DNA of 64,000 nt, taken from the NCBI GenBank assembly GCA_963827235.1, contig CAWHAE010000016.1, positions 1 to 64,000 on the forward strand. The letters are read 5' to 3'. A program made the translations under genes and the position numbers. Shown here piece by piece: positions 1-9,980 of this stretch. Position 1 is the first letter of the stretch. Each line of letters begins with the position of its first letter. Source of the stretch: an uncultured bacterium. Lineage in GTDB: Bacteria > Chloroflexota > UBA5177 > JANWHV01. The notes under the pieces are model-generated. The model did not search any database, was not told the origin of the DNA, and saw nothing but the letters and a program-made list of their open reading frames with translations.

Positions 1-15
1 GCTCCAGAGTAAGCC

Positions 16-54
16 AGCCCCGATCAGACCCCCAAAAGGGCCTGAATCGGGGCT
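16..54 (-). terminator. Hairpin downstream of the integrase (terminator-like or element end)
   Basis: Inverted repeat AGCCCCGAT...ATCGGGGCT, followed by the short palindrome GTAAC-TATAAA-GTTAC. Confidence 0.35.
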
Positions 55-73
55 TGTAACTATAAAGTTACTA

Positions 74-1218
74 TTACCCATTGGAAAGGGCTTCTGTGGG
101 GCTATCTTCAGGCTCTCCAAGCGTGTAGGTTAGCGCGTCCAGGGCTGCTCTGCGCTGCTTGCGGTTGATGTGCTGGTAGATATTGCGCGTGATCATGACG
201 TTGGCGTGGCCGGCGACTTCGCTCACAGCCTTGAGGTCCGCGCCGCTGGCGGCCATGAGCGTGATCGCGGTGTGCCGCAAATCGTAGAGTCTGATGTCTG
301 ACACCTTCGCGCGCTTCCGCAGCCGCTTGAACGACCGGGTCAGGTTGCTGTACTCGATGCAGTCTCCGTGGTCGTCCGTGCAGACGAGGTCGGTCTTCAC
401 CCACAACGTGTCCATCAGGCGCTCGCGGTCCGCTTGCGCGTCGTGGTGGGCTTGCAGCAGCCGGACGAGATCCGGCGCTAGCTCAAGAATGCGCCTGCCA
501 GCATCGCTCTTAGGCGGACCCTGAAAACTGGTCACGCCCACCGTGGGCCGCGCCTCGCGCACTTCAAGGGTTCCCCCGTCGAGGTCAATCGCGCCCCACT
601 TAAGCCCAGCAGCTCAGCTGGGCCGTAGCCCGAGGCGAAGCGCTAGCGTCCAGTACGGTTGATAGGGGTGTTCGGTGGCCGCGGCCAGGAACTGGCGTGC
701 TTCGTCGGTGCTCCACGCCTGCGCCGTGCTGGGCGGCTGCGATGGTGTTGTAACGCGCTCGGCAGGGTTGAGCATCAGCAGGTTCAGCCGGACTGCCTCT
801 TCAAGGATGTTGTGCAGGACATTGCGGCAGCGCCGGGCGATCTGGGGCGTTGCGAGGGTATCAATCCACGCTTGTACGGTGGCTGGGGTCAGCTCGCGTA
901 CAAGCATGCCGCCTAGCCCCTTCCTGATGTAGTGCTCGATCACGTACTTGTAGCCGTGCATGGTGGATGGGCGAACGCGGTTTGATGCCCTGGCTATCCA
1001 GGCGTCGAGATGCCGCCCATACGGACCTTCTTGGCGTCGATGGACAGCCCACGGTCGCGGTCCGTCTCCATGCTGCGAGAGGCTGCGTCGGCTTCGCGCC
1101 GGCTGTGATAGGTCCGCATCTGCTGGATCGACGTGCCGTCCGGCTTGTGGCCGGTCACCACGCGCACGCGGTAGGATGTGCCGCCGTCCTTCCTCTGTAC
1201 CTTCGCGATCGTCGCCAT
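74..1218 (-). pseudogene. Phage/ICE-type tyrosine integrase, split into three frames
   Basis: ORFs 994-1218 (arm-binding N-terminus), 614-961 (ending LGLRPS) and 74-562 (YDLRH, AGHAN, IYQH). The two frameshifts may be real or sequencing indels. Confidence 0.85.
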
Positions 1219-1219
1219 G

Positions 1220-1471
1220 TCACTCCCCCTTTCTGCTGCCCACGTTGCCGTCGGCCTTCCTGCTGCCTCGCGGCTTGCCCCGCGTGCTCAGTGTCGCCTG
1301 ATACTCCTCGAACCATTGCCGGCAGCTCAGCCAGTCGTGCCCCGGCTTGATCGCCCTCAGCCGGCCGTCCTTCGCCGCCTGTGCCAGCGTGTCGGGCGTC
1401 CGGTAGCCGTACTCCCTGGCAAGGTCCGGCAGACTGCGCAGGTCGTGAATGCTCGGTTCCTTCTTGCTCAT
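1220..1471 (-). CDS. Excisionase-like HTH DNA-binding protein
   Basis: GAGGAG RBS before ATG 1471; LPDLAREYG...TLAQAAKDGRLRAIKPGHDWL resembles HTH_17; lies immediately upstream of the integrase. Confidence 0.6.
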   Translation of the reverse strand: MSKKEPSIHDLRSLPDLAREYGYRTPDTLAQAAKDGRLRAIKPGHDWLSCRQWFEEYQATLSTRGKPRGSRKADGNVGSRKGE

Positions 1472-1626
1472 GCTCTCCTCACTAGTCGGCTCCAGCCGCC
1501 CGGACTCGCTCCGTGCTTCACCTCGCCACCCCGGCTCGTAGTAGTAGCCCTGGCGGGACCGCTTCAGGTGTTCCGCGGGATCGAGTCGGCGCAAGAGGTC
1601 CAGGTCCTTATCTAGCTGCCGCTCGC

Positions 1627-2211
1627 TCATGCCGAATCGCACGGCCAGACTGTGCCGGCTGTGACAGTCCGGCTCGGCATGAATGAGATCGCGATCGCAA
1701 TCACCCGCTGGACGCGCGGCACTGTGTGCATGTGGTTCGTCTCAGCCGACTCCCTCAGCCGTGGGACGCCCCCCCGCTTGCCCATGCTTCTCCACCCCAT
1801 CGGCCGGTTTAGCCGCCGGCCCCGGCGTTCTCGCTTAGCTAGCCGGCCCGTGTCGGCGCTGGCTCCGGCCCTAACTCCTCCAGGCAGACACCGCCGACGT
1901 TCAGGCTGTCGCGTCAGGGCCCGCGCCTTCGCCCGTGTCTCGGCCATGCGGATGGTGTGCAGGGCGACCATGCGCCCGACGTTCTGCGGGTTCGCGTCGC
2001 CGATGCCCGTGTAGGTTCCGGCCTCGGTCGTGACTTCGGCCCAGACAATCGCCGTCCAGCCGTTCGCCTCGGCCGGCGCCTGAAGCAGCTTCGTGCGATG
2101 CCCTTCAGGCCGCGTCCTGTGCGCGAGGTCGAGCAGGCCGGCGTACAGTACGGCGTCCTTGCCCTGGCGGTTGACGATGAATCGACGGTCGATAGCGGCG
2201 ATAGTGTTCAC
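1627..2211 (-). CDS. Phage-type protein, possibly Rad52/Sak-like ssDNA annealing; probably frameshifted
   Basis: GGAGG RBS; motifs GKDAVLYAGLLDLAH and GIGDA...RMAETRAKARAL; C-terminus looks out of frame. Confidence 0.4.
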   Translation of the reverse strand: MNTIAAIDRRFIVNRQGKDAVLYAGLLDLAHRTRPEGHRTKLLQAPAEANGWTAIVWAEVTTEAGTYTGIGDANPQNVGRMVALHTIRMAETRAKARALTRQPERRRCLPGGVRAGASADTGRLAKRERRGRRLNRPMGWRSMGKRGGVPRLRESAETNHMHTVPRVQRVIAIAISFMPSRTVTAGTVWPCDSA

Positions 2212-2236
2212 GGTCCCTCCTCCTTCCAGGGGCCGG

Positions 2237-2856
2237 TCAGGTTACCCGGCCGGCCCCGCTCATCGCCGTCTCAGGCGTCGCAGAAATACCTCGTGCATCG
2301 GGTCGTCGAGGCGCATAGCGCACACCCGGGCAGGTCGCCGGCTTGGCCACCGGGCTAAGGTGGTAGTTCCGGCAGTAGATAACCGGTACGGTGTGCTTGC
2401 ATACCAGGCCCCGGCTTCCGGCCTTGCAGTCGCACGCCACGTCGGTTGCGTGCGGGCCGGTCACGATCACGCGGTGGTCCTTGCAGGTCCACACCGCGCG
2501 GTCGGTGCCGGCCACGGGCAGGGCGTACAGCTTCTCAACGGTTGCGCGCTGGAACGCGCGGCGGAGGGCCTGGGCCTGGAGGGCGAGGGCGAGGGCGAGG
2601 GCTGAGGGCTGAGGGCTGAGGGCTGAGGGCTGAGGGCTGAGGGCTCGAGCTGGCTGAGGGCTGAGGGCTGAGGGCTGAGGGCTGAGGGCTGAGGGCTGAG
2701 GGCTGAGGGCTTCAGGCTGGGGCTGAGGGCTGAGGGCTGAAGGCGAGGGCTGAGGGCTGAGGGCTGAGGGCTGAGGGCTGAGGGCTGAGGGCTGAGGGCT
2801 GAGGGCTGAGGGCGAGGGCTGAGGTGAGGGCTGAGGGTCTCGGTTCCTGGTACCAT
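2237..2856 (-). CDS. SWIM zinc-finger protein; start codon out of frame across the repeat array
   Basis: CDC-x8-CKH motif; GGAGGT RBS at 2864-2869 and ATG at 2856 lie in a different frame from the SWIM domain. Confidence 0.55.
2601..2836. repeat. Heptamer tandem array (GCTGAGG)n, about 30 units with a few variant units
   Basis: Directly visible; preceded by (GGGCGA)3 at 2581-2598. Confidence 0.97.
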
Positions 2857-2951
2857 TCTGTGAACCTCCGGGTTCCCTAGAACGGCTCCTGTTTCCGGTC
2901 GGGGGGAGCCGTTCGGCGTCTCGTGAGAGGCAACCGTTCCCATCTGTACCT

Positions 2952-2979
2952 ATTATACTATATAGATAGGAATAGTCAA
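2952..2979 (-). promoter_or_regulatory. Sigma70-type promoter for the SWIM-to-integrase operon
   Basis: TTGACT-16 bp-TATAAT on the minus strand, within an AT-rich patch. Confidence 0.55.
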
Positions 2980-3415
2980 TAGGATAGACCGGCAATTTCA
3001 GAGGAAATTTCGGAAGCTTAGCGCGCGTATGGCGCTGTATAATGGCCACTCTCGCGGGTTCAGGCTCGTGCCAGGATGCCCAGGAAGGCCCCGAATCCGG
3101 CGCCTGGCGCATGGTTGCCAAGGCCTGGTGTCATTGCTCTACGGGGCCGGCTTTCGCCATCGCCGAATCCATATTAGAAAGATGACTCCGCACCGCCGCG
3201 GGCACGGCATCTTCGCCGCCGAAGTCTTCCAGCCGGTATTCTTGCCAAGAATCGCTCATGGCGAATGATAGCCTGGCTTAGGTGTCATTGCCTTCGGTGG
3301 TGCCTTCGTGTGTTCCGTGCCGCGGCGGGTTCTCTGCCGGACAGGGCTATTGCTCGGGAATTAGCGGGCGTATACTGTGGCCGTAGTAGGTGTTGCGATG
3401 AGGAAGGGGGGTTCG

Positions 3416-3768
3416 ATGCGTCGCGTACTTGTGACGCTCTTTGTGCTGCTCGCTTTCCTGCCGATCGGTAGATTTGCTGCCGCAGCGGGTCGGCTGCAGC
3501 TTGTCATCGAGCCAGACGATGGCGTGGTGCCGCTCGTCGCGTTCGTCAACTCGGCCCAGCACTCCATAGACGGCGAGGTCTACCTCGCATCGTCCAAGCC
3601 CGTGCTCAGCGCGCTCGAAGCGGCTGCGGCCCGGCACGTCACGGTACGGATCAACCTGGAGCAGCATCCCTACGGCACTGGTTCCGCTGCCGTGACGATC
3701 GTCTACCAGTCGCTGGCGGCGCACGGCGTGCAGGTACGCTGGACGAGCCGCGGCTTCACCTACACGCA
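3416..3768 (+). pseudogene. Secreted phospholipase D-family gene, 5' part (interrupted)
   Basis: Signal peptide and PLD N-lobe (EPDDG, AQHSIDGEVY); ends at FTYTH, the start of the HKD motif. Confidence 0.85.
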
Positions 3769-4179
3769 TTTTTTCGGGGCGGATGTCAAGTCACAGCGCT
3801 TCTAGCCCGGCACAGGAGAACAGGTCTAGCGTGCTGGTTAAAAGTGACGTCTGCCAACAGCACTCGTTGTGCGTGTTCAGCCGCATAGGCGCAGGTGCCC
3901 GGCTTCGGCCCTGTGTGGCACCTCGTGCTGAAACGGTCGGCGAGTTCATCCACCTGCTCTAGGGAGCCGTTGTCTCGCTGCCTCGCCTTGACCCTCGTGT
4001 CACGAGGAAGCCGCCATCGCTTTGATCGCTTGCAACCTCCCGGCTGACTCGCCCCAGGGCCTCGGTGCACCGCCTGCCGGCGCCGGGCCCTGGGGCGGTC
4101 TGTGAGTAGCGCCAGAAACACGCTGCTCAGCGGCGAACGGTCGTGTGGACGATTGATCGCGGGCCGGTTCCGTCGAAGG

Positions 4180-5412
4180 CTATATGTGAATGGGGGTAAC
4201 CGTGCCGTCGTCGTTATTGGCCACGTAGGCGGTCTTGCCGTCCGGCGTGATGGCGATGGCCGCAGGCGTGCTGCCAACCGTGATCGCGGGGCCGGCCGTG
4301 TTGGTGGCGGTGCTGATGGGGGTAACGGTACCCGAGTGTTCGTTGGCCACGTAGGCGGTCTTGCCGTTCGGCGTGATGGCGATGGGCTGAGGCGTGCTGC
4401 CAACGTTGATCGCCGGGCCGGCCGTGTTGGTGGCGGTGCTGATGGGGGTAACAGTACCCGCGGCGTTGTTGACCACGTAGGCGGTCTTGCCGTTCGGCGT
4501 GATGGCGATGGTCCAAGGCTGGTTGAGGTCGCCAACCTTGATCGCCGGGCCGGCCGTGTTGGTGGCCGTGCTGATGGGGGTAACCGTGCCCGAGTTCGAG
4601 TTGGCCACGTAGGCGGTCTTGCCGTTCGGCGTGATGGCGATGCAGCAAGGCGAGACGCCAACCTTGATCGCGGGGCCGGCCGTGTTGGTGGCGGTGCTGA
4701 TGGGGGTAACGGTACCCGAGTTAAAGTTGACCACGTAGGCGGTCTTGCCGTCCGGCGTGATGGCGATACGCACAGGGTAGGCGCCAACCTTGATCGCCGG
4801 GCCGGCCGTGTTGGTGGCGGTGCTGATGGGGCTAACCGTGCCCGAGATCGAGTTGGCCACGTAGGCGGTCTTGCCGTCCGGCGTGATGGCGATGGCCCCA
4901 GGGTAGACGCCAACCTTGATCGCCGGGCCGGCCATGTTGGTGGCGGTGCTGATGGGAGTAACGGTGTTGGACTTCGCGTTGGCCACGTAGGCGGTCTTGC
5001 CGTTCGGCGTGATGGCGATGGGAAAAGGCACGTTGCCAACCTTGATCGCGGGGCCGGCCATGTTGGTGGCGGTGCTGATGGGGGTAACGGTACCCGAGCC
5101 CGCGTTGACCACGTAGGCGGTCTTGCCGTTCGGCGTGATGGCGATGCCATCAGGCCCGTCGCCGACCTTGATTGCCGGGCCGGCCGTGTTGGCGGCGGCA
5201 TCGGCCACCCGACCGCTCGGCGCAGCGGACGCCACCGTAGCCGGGCCGACCAGCAACGTCGCGACGAGCACGCCCGCACCGGCGTATGGATGGGCCTGTG
5301 GCGGGAAAACGCGGGGATTGTCGTTGTGCGCCCGGGCGGCAGGGGCGGGTCCAAGGGCGAGGACGGCAAGCGTGACCACCAGCAACGCGACCAGCTTCCT
5401 CGTGCTTTTCAT
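4180..5412 (-). CDS. Secreted YVTN/YncE-type beta-propeller, 8 repeats
   Basis: Signal peptide; eight 42-aa IAITPxGKTAYV repeats; RBS before ATG 5412. Confidence 0.9.
   Translation of the reverse strand: MKSTRKLVALLVVTLAVLALGPAPAARAHNDNPRVFPPQAHPYAGAGVLVATLLVGPATVASAAPSGRVADAAANTAGPAIKVGDGPDGIAITPNGKTAYVVNAGSGTVTPISTATNMAGPAIKVGNVPFPIAITPNGKTAYVANAKSNTVTPISTATNMAGPAIKVGVYPGAIAITPDGKTAYVANSISGTVSPISTATNTAGPAIKVGAYPVRIAITPDGKTAYVVNFNSGTVTPISTATNTAGPAIKVGVSPCCIAITPNGKTAYVANSNSGTVTPISTATNTAGPAIKVGDLNQPWTIAITPNGKTAYVVNNAAGTVTPISTATNTAGPAINVGSTPQPIAITPNGKTAYVANEHSGTVTPISTATNTAGPAITVGSTPAAIAITPDGKTAYVANNDDGTVTPIHI
4190..5200 (-). repeat. About 126-bp near-identical intragenic tandem repeats
   Basis: Repeating CCACGTAGGCGGTCTTGCCGT block. 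Confidence 0.9.
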
Positions 5413-5735
5413 GTCTTTCTCCTTCCTGCACGGCGCCGGGCACAAGAAACCCGGCGCACGACCATGCCATCGTGGCCGGGTTCACCAGTTGCTCGCTGCA
5501 GTCCAGGGGTGACCAGACAAGAGCAGGCGTCAGCACAAGGGGAGCGGTCTCGCCGCTCGCGGTGCTTGAGGCGTCGGACCCTTTCTAGGGCTGCAGGTCA
5601 GCGCATCCACTCCGACTCGATCATAGACCTCGTGTCAAGCCACGGCTGTGTTGGCTTGTTCGCGACGTCAAGGCCGTCGCTGGCTCTTGCCGACGGCGTC
5701 AATCGAACACGCCGGCGACACCGTACCGGCAAGCG

Positions 5736-6248
5736 TCAGTCGGTTTCCTCTTGCCACAGCTTCTGCCGCAGGTGTTGCAGCTTGCTTTCGTAGCGACCGA
5801 CCTCAGCTTCAAGGCGCATGATCCTCTTGTCGGTTTCGGCGCGCTCCTCGACCACCTTGCTCATGCTTGCCTCCAGCGCTTCGCGCTTGGCCATCTCATC
5901 TCTTAGCCGCTGGACCAACTGCGCCTTCTTGTAGTTGAGCAAAGGGTCCCGCGGCGCCGACAATTCCCCTGAGTGGCGTCTGCGTTTGCGTCGTGCCGCC
6001 AGGAAGCTGCTGTTGTCCCTGAACAGCTTGAGTGCCTCAGGATTCCTTGAGATCGTCGCATAGTCGAGGCCTGTAACGTCCCGGATGCTGCGAGCACTGA
6101 TCGAGCGCTTCGGGCGAGCCTTGTTCAGCTCTTCAATGCCTTGTCGAAGGCGACCGACCGTAGCCAGTTTTTCCTCTTCCGCATGCCGACGAAGGCCTGC
6201 CAGGCGAGACTTAGAATAGTCGCCTGACTTGCACGCACGCTTAGCCAT
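5736..6248 (-). CDS. TnpC/DUF6262-like HTH and coiled-coil protein
   Basis: GGAGG RBS; start overlaps the tnpB stop; ISARSIRDVTGLDYATISRN HTH followed by a coiled coil. Confidence 0.7.
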   Translation of the reverse strand: MAKRACKSGDYSKSRLAGLRRHAEEEKLATVGRLRQGIEELNKARPKRSISARSIRDVTGLDYATISRNPEALKLFRDNSSFLAARRKRRRHSGELSAPRDPLLNYKKAQLVQRLRDEMAKREALEASMSKVVEERAETDKRIMRLEAEVGRYESKLQHLRQKLWQEETD

Positions 6249-8571
6249 GCAACTGCCTCCCACCATGCCCCGGTGATGGCAAGTCACGGAATACTGGCTT
6301 GAATCCCCTGTCCTCTTCTGCCTGCTTGTAGAGGCGCATCACGTTCAGAATGCCTGCCAACTCCTGGGCCTGTGCTTCCTGCTGCCGTGCGTCTCTGGTG
6401 TTGCCCGCGCTCCGCATTTGCGCTGCAAGCGATCGGTAAAGGCCCAGCCAGTGCTCGGCCAGCACGATCTTGTCAGGGTTGGGCACCAGGTGCGGGCAGC
6501 CAATGCACAGACCGCGATAGCTACCTCGAGGACAAAGACCGGGTCTCCCGCAGTACCCAAAGAACGTGGGACTGATGGTGCCCCAGCATTCAAAGTAGTT
6601 CTGTAGCTTCGTGTCCATGCGCGCTAGCGTGACGTCGTCAGGCACGGCGATCTCCAGCGCGTCATCGGCTTTGGCCTCCAGGCTAAGCTGGAACTGCATG
6701 GCATAGCGCTGCCTCTCTGATTCCGTCATGCCGCTGTAGTATTCGGTGGCTTCGCCCGCGACAAATCCACCCACGTCCGCTGCTGACCGCCCTGGCCGGT
6801 GGTGAAGAACCCAAGCCACCACCTCGGCAGGTACCTCGAACTCTTGGCGCATGGTCGCTGCCATCACGTGGCGCAACAAATGGGCGTTCACGGAGATGCG
6901 CTCACCGTCCATCGTGGTCATGTCGATCCCATGCAACACGAAGCGCATCAGTTTGTTCACGTCGGGTGGGTAGAGCACGCCAAGCCGCCCGTCTGGCGTC
7001 GCCGCCCACTGAAACACGTACCGTTCGGGTACGAGCTGCTCGACTTTGTGGCCGTTCGGCTTCACACGCGGAATCTCGCCCCTATGCGCTTGCAGCAACT
7101 CCTGGCAGATCTCGCCAACCAACTCGATTGCCTGGGGGCTCATGAGATAGAGCTTCCGGTCTGCCTCTGTCTTGCCACCTTTAGGCAGCAGATGCTGCAG
7201 ATGGATGGTCTCCTGCACCTGAACCTTCTGGCCACCCCGTTCGATTGTCGTCGTCTCGACGCGCTTCCGTCGCCGATCAAGGCTCACTTGAAGGATCTCG
7301 CTCATGCGTGCCCCGTTGGTGAAGATGATCGTTGCGAGCGCCGCACCATACAGGACTCCACGGTAAAGAGCCTCAGGTTCAAATAGCAGCGCTGCAGGAC
7401 GGGTGTTCCGAGTCAGCCACGTAGCTAGCTCTCGCCTCGGTACCAACAAACCGGGCCGGTTGGCGTTATACCCATACTTGGACCCTGCTTCGGCAGCGAG
7501 CGCCTTGCGCTCATCATCATTGCATGAGGTGAGCGAGGCTAACAGCCGATCGCGGATGAGGTCGCCAAACCAGAGAAGCTCTTCGACAGGTCCATGAAAC
7601 TCCACGAAGTACGCCTCCCGGGCGTGTCGATAGGGTCCGCGTTGGGTGCGCGCCTCCCACACCGTGTTGTGCGAAAAGTCTCCCTCGTGGCGCAGAACAT
7701 ACTGTCGCTGTGTCCATAGCGTGAAACGAAGAGTTACCGGGGTACGGCGGATTCGGACGTCAGCAAGCGAGAGGGCGTCCCTATTCGGAACTGCCAGGAA
7801 GTCGTCGTAGGCGAAATCGTACGGTACACTGAGAGCACCTTTGGAAGACTCGAGCCGACCAATCGCGTTCCTGAACTGTGCACACATGCGCTCCGCTGCC
7901 TGCTTCCGAAGCCGAACGAGAGCCACCAGCACGTGACTCAGCGGCACCAAGACGTCCGACTGCTCCTTCCGACGCGATCTCGCTCGCTCCGCCAGTGCGG
8001 GGCCATTCCCATACTTCTCCACGAAATTGGGCGGCGGCTCCGGCAATCGGTAAGCAGCCAGAGGAGATCGCTGTCCAGGCGTGAGATGCCTCCAATAGTC
8101 AGCCAGATACTTGCGAACCAGCACGTTGTAGATGCACAGTCGCCTGTACCAGACGTAGCTGTCATCGTTCATTTCGACGTACCGGTACCACGGACCGTCT
8201 GCCTCCAGGTCGGCGATTGTCTCTATGCAGGATGTCTCTCGGAGTCGAGCCAAGAAAGTCCACAGCGAAGCGGTGTAGTTCAGGCTGGAGTTCTGGTTCA
8301 GACCATCTATGGCCGATCCGATCGCCAGTGCCACACAGCCGAAATCCGGTGCCTTGCTGATCGTGCGGCAGAAGTAGCCCAGCGTGCTGCTTGGCAGCTT
8401 TTGCCATCGGATGCCGGGCGCCTCACGGAGTGCCTGCGGTAGACGATCGAGAAATGCCGCCAGGTGCGCCCCGTGATCGCCGTCGGAGAAGTTGAGACGC
8501 TTGCCTCTTTGAGTCGCGATGGCGTCGATCGTGGCCGTAGCCGACACAGTCTCGGTATCCCCTGGAATCAC
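6241..8571 (-). CDS. Large tyrosine recombinase (Tn554 TnpB-like)
   Basis: GARMSE, HLLRH, VLHH and EYY catalytic motifs; C-terminal GYC..C...CIGC zinc-binding motif. Confidence 0.85.
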   Translation of the reverse strand: MIPGDTETVSATATIDAIATQRGKRLNFSDGDHGAHLAAFLDRLPQALREAPGIRWQKLPSSTLGYFCRTISKAPDFGCVALAIGSAIDGLNQNSSLNYTASLWTFLARLRETSCIETIADLEADGPWYRYVEMNDDSYVWYRRLCIYNVLVRKYLADYWRHLTPGQRSPLAAYRLPEPPPNFVEKYGNGPALAERARSRRKEQSDVLVPLSHVLVALVRLRKQAAERMCAQFRNAIGRLESSKGALSVPYDFAYDDFLAVPNRDALSLADVRIRRTPVTLRFTLWTQRQYVLRHEGDFSHNTVWEARTQRGPYRHAREAYFVEFHGPVEELLWFGDLIRDRLLASLTSCNDDERKALAAEAGSKYGYNANRPGLLVPRRELATWLTRNTRPAALLFEPEALYRGVLYGAALATIIFTNGARMSEILQVSLDRRRKRVETTTIERGGQKVQVQETIHLQHLLPKGGKTEADRKLYLMSPQAIELVGEICQELLQAHRGEIPRVKPNGHKVEQLVPERYVFQWAATPDGRLGVLYPPDVNKLMRFVLHGIDMTTMDGERISVNAHLLRHVMAATMRQEFEVPAEVVAWVLHHRPGRSAADVGGFVAGEATEYYSGMTESERQRYAMQFQLSLEAKADDALEIAVPDDVTLARMDTKLQNYFECWGTISPTFFGYCGRPGLCPRGSYRGLCIGCPHLVPNPDKIVLAEHWLGLYRSLAAQMRSAGNTRDARQQEAQAQELAGILNVMRLYKQAEEDRGFKPVFRDLPSPGHGGRQLHG

Positions 8572-9980
8572 TCAATGCCCTCCCACAAAGCAGTGAACTT
8601 CGTTCGGGCTGTAGCGCCAAAGTCTTCAGGCACGGTAACCGTGATGAGGCCGGCACTTGCAGCGACTTCCTGCATGAGCGGTGCGCCGCTCGCAGTGAAC
8701 GGTAGCTCGATGCGCTGCTGAAACGCGTGAACAACACGCACAGCGTCCTGCATGGCGAATGTGTGGTTGTAGATAACTATCGTCCGGCCATTGCGCCAGC
8801 CCATGATGGTTTGCAGACCCCGTAGCAGGAACCTCTGACGCTCTGGATCGTTTGGCGCTTCCTCCTCCCTAATCCACTTCATAAACTCGGTCACGAACAG
8901 ATGCCTCACAGCGTGCGGAGTAAACCTCACACCGAACCGCTTGGCAGCAGCCCCCATGTTGCGGTTCCAGTGGTACCGGAAAGCCGAGTCCTGATACGCC
9001 TCGCGTTTCGGCGTGATGAAGATGCGTTCCTTGTCCCCGAGCTGCGAGATAGCTTTCCGCCCCGAGCCGTCGAGCTTGGACCGTTCACCGGCGACATACT
9101 CGCTCAGTTCAGCCTCAACCCTGTCGGAGAAGTACACCCGCTTGTCCTCGCAGCCCCGACTGCCCTTCCGCACCGTGAAGGCACTGCACGGGTCAATCGC
9201 CTTTCGATACCCTCCGGCGGAGAGTCCAAGTACCTCGTGAAGCCGGCCGCCCGTATGCTTCAAGAGCAACAGCACAACCTTGTCCCGTTGGCTCGGCGCA
9301 TGCCGGATCATGAACTCGAGCGCCGCCCACATCCGTTGACGGGTCTCATACGGCTCGAGTGCAATGGCCGGAACCCACTCTGCTCTCGACTGGTGGCGGA
9401 AGAAAGCGATAGGATACAGCATGCTCTCCTCCCAGCTCTCTCCTCGGATACCAGCGTGGTCAGGAGCACCCACATTCTCCACCTGCTTGAGGTGCTCGCG
9501 TCGCAGCGACTCCAGCAGTTCCGAGGTCATGGGATTGTGGTATGCGTAGTACTTATTCGCCCGCATGATGCGATAGAAGCTCCCAAGCGCTGCCAGCAGC
9601 ACACCCAAACCACTCTGGCTCAGCGGCGAGACCTCCGTCACCGCAACACGATAACCTTCGAGTTCTTCGCCGGGTTCGACCTGACACCCGACCCGGTCGA
9701 TCAAAAAGTCTTTGAGATACTGGCGCACGGCACCCGGTTCGCTGTTCCACGCCAGGTTGTTCTTCTGTAGGTGTCCCATGACCGGCATCAGCATGCCCAG
9801 GTAGGTATCTCTCGTCCGATTGGGCCCGGGTCGCTTGCACAATCTGTGCCATTCCATGAGAGCCGTGATGGGCTCGTACGAAGCGGTCACCACGTAGATC
9901 TCGTACGCGCTGCCTTCAGGCGGTCGCAGTCGTTGCAAGCCGCTCGTAGAAACGAAGCGTCCCGAAGCGCCACGCCGCAC
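8568..9980 (-). CDS. Tyrosine recombinase (Tn554 TnpA-like)
   Basis: AGGAGG RBS before GTG 9980; GGRLHE, HAVRH, MGW and IYNH motifs; 4-bp overlap with tnpB. Confidence 0.85.
   Translation of the reverse strand: MRRGASGRFVSTSGLQRLRPPEGSAYEIYVVTASYEPITALMEWHRLCKRPGPNRTRDTYLGMLMPVMGHLQKNNLAWNSEPGAVRQYLKDFLIDRVGCQVEPGEELEGYRVAVTEVSPLSQSGLGVLLAALGSFYRIMRANKYYAYHNPMTSELLESLRREHLKQVENVGAPDHAGIRGESWEESMLYPIAFFRHQSRAEWVPAIALEPYETRQRMWAALEFMIRHAPSQRDKVVLLLLKHTGGRLHEVLGLSAGGYRKAIDPCSAFTVRKGSRGCEDKRVYFSDRVEAELSEYVAGERSKLDGSGRKAISQLGDKERIFITPKREAYQDSAFRYHWNRNMGAAAKRFGVRFTPHAVRHLFVTEFMKWIREEEAPNDPERQRFLLRGLQTIMGWRNGRTIVIYNHTFAMQDAVRVVHAFQQRIELPFTASGAPLMQEVAASAGLITVTVPEDFGATARTKFTALWEGIE

Noticed and set aside
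21-44. CCCCAAAAGGGCC as an att copy of the tRNA-Ile2 3' end
   Set aside because: Wrong orientation, imperfect match, and explained by the local hairpin
4190-5200. CRISPR-like or DGR-like repeat pattern
   Set aside because: Units are in-frame 126-bp coding repeats; no cas or reverse transcriptase gene in the window
3993-5637. CCTCGTGTCA direct repeat flanking the cargo gene
   Set aside because: Only 10 bp; could be chance
4102-5793. 563-aa + strand ORF and 527-aa alternative-frame ORF (3786-5369)
   Set aside because: Shadow frames of the GC-rich YVTN repeat gene
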